64,000 nucleotides of DNA from NCBI GenBank assembly GCA_029762535.1, contig JARVGK010000008.1:32001-96000 (forward strand), read 5' to 3'. The position numbers and the translations under genes are program-made. Position 1 is the stretch's first letter. Every line of letters starts with the position of its first letter. The notes beneath the pieces were generated by a model, which did not search any database, was not told where the DNA came from, and worked only from the letters and a program-made list of their open reading frames with translations. Of the stretch, positions 8,071-16,976 are shown piece after piece. The DNA is from Thermoplasmatota archaeon (lineage in GTDB: Archaea > Thermoplasmatota > Penumbrarchaeia > Penumbrarchaeales > Penumbrarchaeaceae).

Positions 8071-10748
8071 TCCATACGCTTACCGAGAAGGAGATGAAAC
8101 AGAGGGTAAAGGAGGAGGCCTCGAGGGACCCTGACCGCTTCTTCCCCACCGGGAAGATGAAGGAAATGGGGCTGATGAGAAGGACATGCCCTAAATGCGG
8201 GACCTTCTTCTGGAGCGCTGATGCGGAACGGACCCTCTGCGGTGAACCAGCATGCCTTGGGGGCTACTCCTTCATAGGAAGGAAGAGCTGCAAGCATAGA
8301 ATGGATTTCATCGGCGTCTGGAAGAGGTTCTCCGAACTGTTCTCCAGTAGGGGTTACACCCCCATCAAGAGATATCCATCTATCTCACGATGGAACTCGA
8401 CATCGGAGTTCACCCTGGCCTCGATCACCGACTTTCAGCCCTACGTCGTCCGCGGAGCGGTCAAACCACCGGCCAACCCCCTGGTGGTACCTCAGACATG
8501 CCTGAGGTTCAACGATGTGGACAACGTTGGAATAACGGGCAGGCACAACACGGGTTTCATAATGATAGGGCAGCATGCCTTCGAGCCGGAGCGGAGTTTC
8601 GATCAGGACAGGTATTTCGAAGATATCCATGCCTGGCTGGTTGAGGGCATGGGGATCCCTCTCACGGAGATCGTCTATCATGAGGACGCATGGGCAGGGG
8701 GTGGGAACTTCGGATGCTCCCTGGAGTTCTTCTCCGGGGGGCTCGAGATCGGGAACCAGGTCTATACTATGTACGAGCGGGATGGAGATTCCCTTAAAGG
8801 ACTTGATATTCGGGTACTTGACATGGGAATGGGGCAGGAGAGGCCAGCATGGTTCTCGCACGGCACCCCTACGTCCTACGAGCCCAACTTCCCGACCGTT
8901 ATGGAGAGGCTGTTCAAGATCGCCGGGATCGGTCCTGAAGGTGAGGAGAAGGAGCTGATGATGAGATTCCTGCCCTATTCCGGCCTCCTGAACCTTGAGG
9001 AAGTGGATGACATCGACAAAGTATGGGCTGATATAGCCGAAAGGATAGGAGCCGAAGAGGGGCTGCTGCGGCGCAGCGTTATGATCAACGCGGCCCTCTA
9101 TTCGATAGCGGACCATGCCAGAGGGCTTCTGTTCGCCCTTACGGACGGGGGGCTGCCATCGAACTCCGGCGGAGGATACAATCTCAGGCTCATCTACCGC
9201 AGGGCCATGAACTTCATAGAGAAGTACGGCTGGAACCTGGACATGGGCGATGTCTGCCACTGGCATGCGGAATACCTTAAACCCCAGTTCCCAGAGATGC
9301 TGGATTCCTTATCCGAGGTGCGTGAGATCATTGACCATGAGAGGGGGAAATTCCTCCAGACCAGAGAGAAAGCCAGGTCTACCGTCATAAAGCTCAAGGA
9401 AAAGGAGATGCGCGGGCAGAGGGTCTCAGTGGATGATCTTATAATGCTCTACGATTCGCAGGGTATTACCCCTGATCTTATGCTGGACTCGGGCCTCGAC
9501 GTATCGGTCCCGCCGGACTTCTACGCCAGGGTCTCGGCCCTGCACGAAGCAACGGAGCCATCGGCACGAACCGGGAAGGAGTTCCAATACGAACTTTCCA
9601 CCATACCCGAGACGAAGATACTTTATTACGACGACTACCTCATGGTCGAGTTCGAGAGCGAGGTCATGGCTGTGATCGAAGATAACGTGATATTGAAGGC
9701 TACCGCCTTCTACCCGACCTCGGGGGGGCAGCTCCATGACATCGGTTCCCTCCATGGGCCATCCGATCTCCGGGTAACGGAGGTCTTCAAGCAGGACAGG
9801 GTCATCCTCCACAAGGTCAGCGGAGATCTCTCAAAATGGAGCGCTGGCACAAAGGCCAGAGGGCATATAGATGAGGAGCGCAGGAGACAGCTTGCCCAGC
9901 ACCACACATCGACCCACATCATAAACGGAGTGGCCAAATCCATACTGGGAGGCCATATCTGGCAGGCCGGCGCTGAGAAGACCGAGGAGAAGGGCAGGCT
10001 CGACATCACCCATTACGAGTCTCTGAGCCCATCTCAGCTCGAGTCGATAGAGGAGAGGGCCAACGAGATAATTTCCTCATCCCTGCCAGTCAGATCGATG
10101 GTACTTGCCAAGGACGAGGCCGAGAGAAGGTTCGGATTTCGGCTTTATCAGGGTGGTGCCGTCCCCGGCGAGACGCTGAGGATCATCGACATCGACGGGC
10201 TGGATACTGAGGCTTGCGGCGGAACACACCTGAAGAACACGTCCGAAGCGGTTCGCATAATACTTCTCGGTACCAAGAAGATCCAGGACGGCATCGTCAG
10301 GATAGAATACGTGGCGGGCAAAAGAGCGAGGGATATATACGAGTCCGATCTGGACCATCTCCTTCGGGCCATGGCCGTGCTTTCGATAGATGATCCGCAC
10401 GACCTCGTTAGTGCCTGCGAGCGCGTCTTCAACCTCTGGAAAACGGCCAGAAAGCTACGCGCTAGGATCAGGTCAGCAAATCCCGATAGTGCGAATGGGG
10501 AGAAGGAAGATGCCCTTGTAATTCTGAGAGGGGATCCTGCCTACCCTTATCTTGAGTCCTATCGGAAATTGGGCCGGCCTACGGACATCGGAGGGGTCGA
10601 TCCCAACTCGGTGAAGAAAATAATGAGGCCGCACGAGTATGTGACCAGGGCCGCACAATCCTTCAAAGTGCAGAAAGAGCATCTGGGAAAGACCATCTTA
10701 AGGTTTCTATCAGAGACAGATTCGTTCGAGGAGGACATACAGAGGTGA
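8067..10748 (+). CDS. alaS: Alanine--tRNA ligase (archaeal type)
   Basis: N-terminal CPKC..FW zinc ribbon, ASITDFQP, ITGRH, IADHARG, FYPTSGGQ, editing motifs HHTSTH and CGGTH. Confidence 0.96.
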   Translation: MIHTLTEKEMKQRVKEEASRDPDRFFPTGKMKEMGLMRRTCPKCGTFFWSADAERTLCGEPACLGGYSFIGRKSCKHRMDFIGVWKRFSELFSSRGYTPIKRYPSISRWNSTSEFTLASITDFQPYVVRGAVKPPANPLVVPQTCLRFNDVDNVGITGRHNTGFIMIGQHAFEPERSFDQDRYFEDIHAWLVEGMGIPLTEIVYHEDAWAGGGNFGCSLEFFSGGLEIGNQVYTMYERDGDSLKGLDIRVLDMGMGQERPAWFSHGTPTSYEPNFPTVMERLFKIAGIGPEGEEKELMMRFLPYSGLLNLEEVDDIDKVWADIAERIGAEEGLLRRSVMINAALYSIADHARGLLFALTDGGLPSNSGGGYNLRLIYRRAMNFIEKYGWNLDMGDVCHWHAEYLKPQFPEMLDSLSEVREIIDHERGKFLQTREKARSTVIKLKEKEMRGQRVSVDDLIMLYDSQGITPDLMLDSGLDVSVPPDFYARVSALHEATEPSARTGKEFQYELSTIPETKILYYDDYLMVEFESEVMAVIEDNVILKATAFYPTSGGQLHDIGSLHGPSDLRVTEVFKQDRVILHKVSGDLSKWSAGTKARGHIDEERRRQLAQHHTSTHIINGVAKSILGGHIWQAGAEKTEEKGRLDITHYESLSPSQLESIEERANEIISSSLPVRSMVLAKDEAERRFGFRLYQGGAVPGETLRIIDIDGLDTEACGGTHLKNTSEAVRIILLGTKKIQDGIVRIEYVAGKRARDIYESDLDHLLRAMAVLSIDDPHDLVSACERVFNLWKTARKLRARIRSANPDSANGEKEDALVILRGDPAYPYLESYRKLGRPTDIGGVDPNSVKKIMRPHEYVTRAAQSFKVQKEHLGKTILRFLSETDSFEEDIQR

Positions 10749-10768
10749 TGAAGGGCTCAGGTTCATGA

Positions 10769-10776
10769 TTTTTTTT
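10769..10776 (+). terminator. Oligo-T tract terminator after alaS
   Basis: T8 run about 20 bp after the alaS stop; archaeal terminators are oligo-U. Confidence 0.5.
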
Positions 10777-10917
10777 CATAATGGCGGAACAAACGTTATA
10801 TTGAGAAAACTCCAATTCCATTTGGATGGTAGGACCCCCTTCAGACAGCACATGCCATATTGATGATATCATCGACCGATCCAGTAAATTCTCGGAGATG
10901 GTATCCTGAAGGGCACG

Positions 10918-11271
10918 GTGATGATCGTGGATGACGAGGATTTCATCCACCAGCTGTACAATGACATTCTGGAAATGCACGGTTACAAGGTGATCGCGAG
11001 CGCGTTCGATGGGGATGATGCGGTGGACATGTTCTTGGCCATGGAAGATAGGCCTGACATCATAATCATGGACCACCGCATGCCTCGAAAGGACGGTGTG
11101 GACGCCATGGTCGATATCAGGCTTGTGGACAGGAAGACACGTATAATTTTCGCCTCAGCTGATGGGACGGTCCGGGACAAGGCAATGGGGGCGGGAGCGG
11201 ATGGTTTCCTACTCAAGCCTTTCAAGATATCGGAGCTTTTGGGATCGCTCGACCCCGATGCGGACCGATGA
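10918..11271 (+). CDS. Stand-alone response regulator receiver (CheY-like)
   Basis: IVDD, phospho-Asp in IIMDHRMPRKDG, FASA, FLLKPF; the exact start may be a few codons upstream. Confidence 0.9.
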   Translation: MMIVDDEDFIHQLYNDILEMHGYKVIASAFDGDDAVDMFLAMEDRPDIIIMDHRMPRKDGVDAMVDIRLVDRKTRIIFASADGTVRDKAMGAGADGFLLKPFKISELLGSLDPDADR

Positions 11272-11285
11272 GTCCCACCATACGG

Positions 11286-11293
11286 TTTTATAG
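11286..11293 (+). promoter_or_regulatory. Candidate TATA box for RNase P RNA
   Basis: TTTTATAG about 25 bp upstream of the predicted RNA 5' end. Confidence 0.5.
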
Positions 11294-11315
11294 CAGGGCC
11301 CCCTCTACAGGTCTC

Positions 11316-11641
11316 CGGGCCGAGAGAAGGCGGATGGCCGACGGTGGCCCATGAGGCCGCTGGGGAAAGTCCTCCCTCGTCGGGATGCCCGGGCCGGGCG
11401 CAAGCCCGGGGCGCGAGAGCGTCGGCAATGGAGCAGAAACGACACCACCGCGTATAATGGGATGATGGGATATGTCCCGGACGTCTGCGCGGATAGGATG
11501 AAACGGCCAACCCCCCGGGGAGCAAGCCCAAATGTCCGATACGACCCCATCCCGGGATCGGAAGGTAGGGCGCTCAGATAGATGCCATCTACCCGCTTCC
11601 GCGGGAAAACAGAAGGAGGCTTATGTCCTTGACTCGACCCG
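11316..11641 (+). ncRNA. rnpB: Ribonuclease P RNA
   Basis: CR-I GGGGAAAGTCCTCC, GCAGAAAC, TGAAACGGC, GAGCAAG, CR-V AACAGAAGGAGGCTTAT (the CTCC/GGAG pseudoknot co-varies); ends pair imperfectly (CGGGCCGAG...CTCGACCCG); boundaries approximate. Confidence 0.92.
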
Positions 11642-11734
11642 CACTATCCCATCAGCGAACAGTTTAATTACATGCATCCTTTTCCAATGAAAAAACCCGA
11701 CAATGGGATCGGATCTTCGAAGTGGTGCTGTATC

Positions 11735-12196
11735 ATGGAACAGGACGATATCAATAAGGTCGCCCGGCAGATAGAGATGGGATTGGCCAGGATGGATTCC
11801 CTCAGGGGACAGATGGACTCATTGAAGGGACAGATGGAGGCTTTGAGAGCGGTCATAATCGACCATGGGTCATCGATGGACTCCCTGAAAGAGCTAAAGA
11901 CCGGGTCCTCTGACAGGTCCCTGATCGGGCTGGGATCCCAGGTCTTCATCAATGTCAGGATAGAGGATACGGACCATTGCATCCTGAGCGAAGGAGCTGG
12001 AATATACATCAAAAGGGATATCGACACCGCTATCTCTGCCATCGAGGATAGGAAGAAGGTCCTCGAGGACGTGATAGAGAGGCTAGGATCCCAGCTCAAC
12101 GAAATGGCCGAGGCCTACAACTCCCTCGCTGCACAGACACAGGAGCTTTACGGTCAGCAGATGCTGATGGCGCAAGGTACGCAAGGTAATTTCTGA
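11735..12196 (+). CDS. pfdA: Prefoldin subunit alpha
   Basis: Coiled coil - LIGLGSQVF / GAGIYI beta hairpins - coiled coil; conserved position before ftsY; start at MEQDD. Confidence 0.88.
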   Translation: MEQDDINKVARQIEMGLARMDSLRGQMDSLKGQMEALRAVIIDHGSSMDSLKELKTGSSDRSLIGLGSQVFINVRIEDTDHCILSEGAGIYIKRDIDTAISAIEDRKKVLEDVIERLGSQLNEMAEAYNSLAAQTQELYGQQMLMAQGTQGNF

Positions 12197-12205
12197 TCAT
12201 GGGGT

Positions 12206-13339
12206 GTGGAGATGTTCTCGGCTCTCAAGGAGAAGCTCAGGTCCTTCAAGAAGAAGGCGAAGGACGACCTTGAACAGGAGAGGGCCGCAGGACCTGTTAA
12301 AGTTAATGAGCAGGATACCAGGGCCAGAAAGGAATCTAAGTTCCTGGGAAAGATCTTCTCAAAGAAAACCAAGAAGGATGGAATCGACCAGAACGCCGGT
12401 CCGGCCTCGGATGGACACATCGAGGTGAAGGAAGCAGGGGCCTTTGCCCTTCAAGGCCGTGATTCTCTCATAGAGGAAGGAGGGGGGATCTTCGCCAAGA
12501 AGATTACCCAGGACAAGCTTGAAGATATCATGTTCGATCTCGAGATGGCTCTGCTTGAATCCGATGTGGCCCAGGGTGTCGTCGAGAGGATCAAGAACTA
12601 CATCATAAAGGAGCTTGAGGGCGCTAAAGTGAAAAGGAGCAGCGAATTGGAAGATGTCATAGAGGGCGCCTTGAAAAAAGCGATCAGACAGGTTCTTGAC
12701 ATAAAGAGCATCGATCTCATCGACAGTATACGGGCCAGCGAGAAACCCTACGTTGTGATGTTCGTAGGTGTGAACGGAACGGGTAAGACCACCGCTATAG
12801 GCAGGATCGCTCATCGGCTGCAGAGAGAAGGCATCTCATGCGTTCTCGCTGCAGGGGATACGTTCAGGGCCGGGGCCATAGAACAGCTCACAAAGCATGC
12901 CGAGAACCTGGGGTTAAAGATCATAAAGCACTCGGCAGGCGCGGACCCGGCTGCCGTCGCATACGATGCGATAGAACATGCCAAGGCAAGGAAGAAGGAC
13001 GTGGTGCTTCTGGATACGGCCGGTAGGATGCAGACCAACATAAATCTCATGGACGAGATGAAGAAGATCAGAAGGATCGCAAGACCAAATCTCATCGTGT
13101 TCGTAGGCGACGCGCTTGCCGGCAACGACGCCGTGATCCAGGCCAGCGAGTTCGACAAGGCCGTCGGCGTCGACGGGGCCATTCTTACGAAGATCGACGC
13201 TGACGCCAAGGGCGGCGCAGCGCTGTCCATTGCTTACACGATCGGCAAGCCCATCCTGTACGTAGGGACCGGGCAGGGATACGAGGACCTCGAACCGTTC
13301 GATGCGAACTGGATGATCGAGAGGCTCTTCGAGGAGTAG
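12206..13339 (+). CDS. ftsY: Signal recognition particle receptor FtsY
   Basis: LLESDVA, GVNGTGKTT, DTFRAGAIEQL, DTAGR, TKIDADAKGG, GTGQGYEDL. Confidence 0.97.
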   Translation: MEMFSALKEKLRSFKKKAKDDLEQERAAGPVKVNEQDTRARKESKFLGKIFSKKTKKDGIDQNAGPASDGHIEVKEAGAFALQGRDSLIEEGGGIFAKKITQDKLEDIMFDLEMALLESDVAQGVVERIKNYIIKELEGAKVKRSSELEDVIEGALKKAIRQVLDIKSIDLIDSIRASEKPYVVMFVGVNGTGKTTAIGRIAHRLQREGISCVLAAGDTFRAGAIEQLTKHAENLGLKIIKHSAGADPAAVAYDAIEHAKARKKDVVLLDTAGRMQTNINLMDEMKKIRRIARPNLIVFVGDALAGNDAVIQASEFDKAVGVDGAILTKIDADAKGGAALSIAYTIGKPILYVGTGQGYEDLEPFDANWMIERLFEE

Positions 13340-13343
13340 CTGT

Positions 13344-13922
13344 ATGGTCTCCATTGCCGAAGGGCTCATGTCGGCCCTTGAGAACCTCCCATGGTGGGGG
13401 AAATACATCTCCACCATTCTCATATCCATGCTGCCTATCATCGAACTTCGCGGGGCCCTGCCCGCCGCAGTGAAGGTCTTCGGCCTTTCGTGGGGGGTCT
13501 CATACGTCCTTTCGGTCTTCGGGAACATGATCCCTGTCCCATTCCTTTTGAGGTTCTATCCACAGGTCGAAAGGTTCCTAAAGAGGTTCGGCTTCATGAG
13601 GACCTTCTTCGAATGGCTCAATGCGAGGACGATCCGTAAAGGAAAGCGAAAGGTCCAGCTCTGGGGGGAGATGGGGCTCATACTCTTCGTAGCGATCCCC
13701 CTCCCTGTGACAGGAGCATGGACCGGCACCCTTGCCGCATATCTTTTCGATCTAAACCGCCCGAAGGCCTTCATGGCGATCCTGGCGGGGGTCCTGATAG
13801 CCGGATTGATCATGATGGCCGTGACCTTTTTTCATATTGTGGTCGGGATCATCATAATCCTGTTCCTCGCCCTTGTATTGGTCCTCATCGGCTGGATGGA
13901 GAACAGGAACCCGGCGGAATAG
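13344..13922 (+). CDS. Putative small multidrug export family membrane protein (COG2426)
   Basis: SMLPIIELRGALP and FVAIPLPVTGAWTG signature segments; multiple TM helices. Confidence 0.85.
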   Translation: MVSIAEGLMSALENLPWWGKYISTILISMLPIIELRGALPAAVKVFGLSWGVSYVLSVFGNMIPVPFLLRFYPQVERFLKRFGFMRTFFEWLNARTIRKGKRKVQLWGEMGLILFVAIPLPVTGAWTGTLAAYLFDLNRPKAFMAILAGVLIAGLIMMAVTFFHIVVGIIIILFLALVLVLIGWMENRNPAE

Positions 13923-14081
13923 TTTCGGAATGGACCACACCGAAGGTGTGGGATACAACGTCATAGCGGTTTCTGACGGCCACCCCTTCGGATATCCTTC
14001 TAATAATACCACTTTAATGGCGGTTATGCCCTTCATCCGTTTGGGAGGGCAACGAAAAAAAAATGAAACGGAGGAAAAGAG

Positions 14082-14705
14082 ATGTCGATAATGGCAGTTG
14101 GCGACGAAGAGTTGCTGGATTATGTGATAGAGAAGGACATGGAAGACGCGGTGTCGAGGATCATACTCGGATGCCTGAAATGCTTCGAAAGGGGGACCGG
14201 AAGGAAGCGTCTGAGCAGGGTCCTGAGAGGAAAGGACCCCGGATATCTGATAGACGGAAGGGAGGAGGTCACGCCCTTCTTCGGAAGGCTGTCCCAGCTG
14301 GACGAGGACCAGGTTCTCGACTTCATCGAATCCCTGACCAGACTGGGCCTCGTCCAGAGCACGCCCGGGGACCTACCCATGATAGAGATATCCGAAAGAG
14401 GGAGAAAAGCTCTCTTAATGAGGGATGCCATCCCGGCGATGATCCCATGGCCCCTCCCCGCAAGAACGATACCCCTCCCGCGTGATCAGGGAATATACAA
14501 ACAGCTCAAAGAAGTGAGGAACCGCATTGCAAGGGATCATGATCTGCCCCCTTATTGTGTGGCGAACAACGTCACTCTCGTTGAGATCGTGAACAGCGGT
14601 GCGAGGGATATCTCCGACCTCGAAGGGATCAAAGGGTTAGGGACGATGAGGTTGGAGCGGTTCGGCGATCGATTTATCGAGGCGATCTCATCGCTCAAGG
14701 AATGA
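14082..14705 (+). CDS. RQC winged-helix + HRDC domain protein (RecQ C-terminal module without helicase)
   Basis: ILGCL..GRKRLSRVLRG..FGRL (RQC) followed by LKEVRNRIARDHDLPPYCV..IKGLGTMRLERFG (HRDC); GGAGG SD upstream. Confidence 0.8.
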   Translation: MSIMAVGDEELLDYVIEKDMEDAVSRIILGCLKCFERGTGRKRLSRVLRGKDPGYLIDGREEVTPFFGRLSQLDEDQVLDFIESLTRLGLVQSTPGDLPMIEISERGRKALLMRDAIPAMIPWPLPARTIPLPRDQGIYKQLKEVRNRIARDHDLPPYCVANNVTLVEIVNSGARDISDLEGIKGLGTMRLERFGDRFIEAISSLKE

Positions 14706-14878
14706 CCGCTGTTATCCCGCTGGAGGGTTGAGATTTCACATGTGTAAAAACCTATTATATACTGTGAAAAAACATATCAGCGAACGTTGGTTCCATCCAT
14801 AGAGTGGCGACGCTCATCTCATAGGGTTTCAGGTTGTTGCCACCGGGGGCGCAAGACATTGCGCCCCGAATTTCCTTT

Positions 14879-16063
14879 TCATGTTCCCAGCATGAGCCGG
14901 ATCAGATCCCTCATACCAGGTCCGAATCCGAGAACCAGTATCGCCAATTTGACGAGCGTTATCAGATAACGGTTGGATCTGGCGTCCTCCTCCATCGAAA
15001 CATCGATGAGATAGAGGGCTGGCAGTAGGAACACGAGCTTTAGTGGGAACATCACCAGGGCGGTCCCGGTCGCCTCCATGAGTATCGCTGGCAGGCGATG
15101 CTTCTCTACATATCCGAGATAGTCGACCCCAATGAAGGTGGCGGAGGCGTCGAGCATATGACCCACAACTATTGCCATGTTCACCGGTGAGACCATCATG
15201 CCTAGTTTGGGCCATTTTTTTGATGATAGCCGAAGGGAAACATACACAAGGAATGCGGCCAGCGCGACCAGTGCGACCGCGCCAAGGCCGTGGAGGAGAT
15301 AACCGGAGGAGGGCGACGAACCGGTGATCGCCGTATAATTGGACCTCCAGGTATCGTCCGTGAACCATAGCGTGTACGAGTAAATGACATGAAGAAGTGA
15401 AGTCCCCCAGGTCCACCCGAGAAGGGCCAGATAACCGCCCTTCCGGAATATAACGGGATACATCAGGGACATGGCCAAGGATATGCCAAGTATCGCGACT
15501 ATGGACACGTTAGCGTTCAAGGCTTCGGGGAAGGCCTTGACGACCAATGCCGTAATGAGGCCGGGGATCAGGACCAAAAGGGATGATGATGTCCTCCTTT
15601 CCCTGTCCTTAAGGTAGCTTATTCTGATGGATGTGTAGAGAAGACCAAAGGTGCTCAAACCCAGGAATATGTATATCAGAGGGGAAATAAAGACATATTG
15701 CAGAGGGGTGTTGAAGAGGTACATGTCCTCCAATACCCTCAGTGAAGGCCCGATCAAGATCGCTGGAGCCAGGGCGAAGAAGAAGGGATCGACGTTCACA
15801 TCCCATCTTTTCATGGCGCGTTGGATGAGGAAAACGGCCCATGCCAGTATCAATCCGTAGGATATCGTGTCAATCCAGTTGTAATCGGATGTGATCCCTC
15901 CCGCATCCCCTCCAGCATCGGCGACGATCGGACCCCAAAAATACTTCCAGATGAACTCTTCATAAAATATATGAGGTAACAGGATCGATAGCAATACTAT
16001 GATGGATATCAGAAGTACGGGTAACAACAATAGCGTTCTTTCCACTATCGGCCTTAACTGCAC
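14879..16063 (-). CDS. DUF63-family archaeal membrane protein
   Basis: FIWKYFWGPI, YNWIDT, LRVLED, HMLDASATFIG, YVEKH, LGFGPGMRD; many TM helices. Confidence 0.8.
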   Translation of the reverse strand: MQLRPIVERTLLLLPVLLISIIVLLSILLPHIFYEEFIWKYFWGPIVADAGGDAGGITSDYNWIDTISYGLILAWAVFLIQRAMKRWDVNVDPFFFALAPAILIGPSLRVLEDMYLFNTPLQYVFISPLIYIFLGLSTFGLLYTSIRISYLKDRERRTSSSLLVLIPGLITALVVKAFPEALNANVSIVAILGISLAMSLMYPVIFRKGGYLALLGWTWGTSLLHVIYSYTLWFTDDTWRSNYTAITGSSPSSGYLLHGLGAVALVALAAFLVYVSLRLSSKKWPKLGMMVSPVNMAIVVGHMLDASATFIGVDYLGYVEKHRLPAILMEATGTALVMFPLKLVFLLPALYLIDVSMEEDARSNRYLITLVKLAILVLGFGPGMRDLIRLMLGT

Positions 16064-16191
16064 GTCGGGGGATGTTCATCATCGATATAACTATATACGT
16101 ATCCTCACGAGTTTTTCCCCGATACTAAACGCGATAGCTATATCTATTAGTTGTATCATTTTCGAATCGGTCCTGAACTGGACTCGATCAC

Positions 16192-16929
16192 ATGGTTTCG
16201 GCGGGTGTTGATATGTTCCAGAATACCATCAAGGGTATAGACAAGATTTTCCGAACGAACAACTATCAGAACATGATCATCATGGTCTCGGGCTATACCG
16301 GCACGCTGAAATCGACCTTCACGTATTCGCTCATATCCAAATATATCGAGAAGAACCCGGATGCGATAGGACTATATGCCACGATTGAGGAGCCAAAGGA
16401 ATCGCTCTTGAGGAACCTCAGATCGGTGGGTATCGACATCAATGAGAGGATATTCATCGCCGATTACAACAGGACCAGGGAGATGTACCGGGAGGAGGCG
16501 GAGAACACGGACTTCCTCGAGCTCACCGAGAAGCTTATCCTTTCGACGAAGGAGGAGAAAGGGGACGCGTTCTGCGTTTTCGCTCTCGACTCCCTCAACG
16601 CCCTCTACACCCTGACGAAGATGGACAACGAGCACCTCATAAGAAAGAGGATATACTACTTCTTCAAGCTGCTGAGGGACTCCAATCTGACCTCCTTCAT
16701 CCTTCACGAGCTGCCAAGGAACCAGCAGTTCAACTCAAGGGATAACGAGAACTTCCTCGCCGATGGCGTGATCGAGCTTGGTGTTAGAAGGACCCTCGAA
16801 GGTAAGAAACGCTACATCGAGGTCATCAAGATGAGACAGAACAACCATTCCATGAAACAGTACGTAATAGACCTCGATCATGAAGGGCTCTCCATACTGG
16901 GGCCCTCTGTCGATGATATGGGACTCTGA
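16192..16929 (+). CDS. Single-domain KaiC/RAD55-like RecA-fold ATPase
   Basis: TIKGID, Walker A variant GYTGTLKS, TIEE, Walker B ALDSL, FLADGVIEL, KMR; may start at 16213 (MFQN). Confidence 0.85.
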   Translation: MVSAGVDMFQNTIKGIDKIFRTNNYQNMIIMVSGYTGTLKSTFTYSLISKYIEKNPDAIGLYATIEEPKESLLRNLRSVGIDINERIFIADYNRTREMYREEAENTDFLELTEKLILSTKEEKGDAFCVFALDSLNALYTLTKMDNEHLIRKRIYYFFKLLRDSNLTSFILHELPRNQQFNSRDNENFLADGVIELGVRRTLEGKKRYIEVIKMRQNNHSMKQYVIDLDHEGLSILGPSVDDMGL

Positions 16930-16976
16930 GGCCTTTTTCATCCCCATATGTTGGCTTAGGATGAGGGAAATTATTC

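Noticed and set aside
10983-11581. ORFs of 182, 81 and 76 aa over the GC-rich segment
   Set aside because: They overlie the RNase P RNA and the receiver gene and have no protein motifs.
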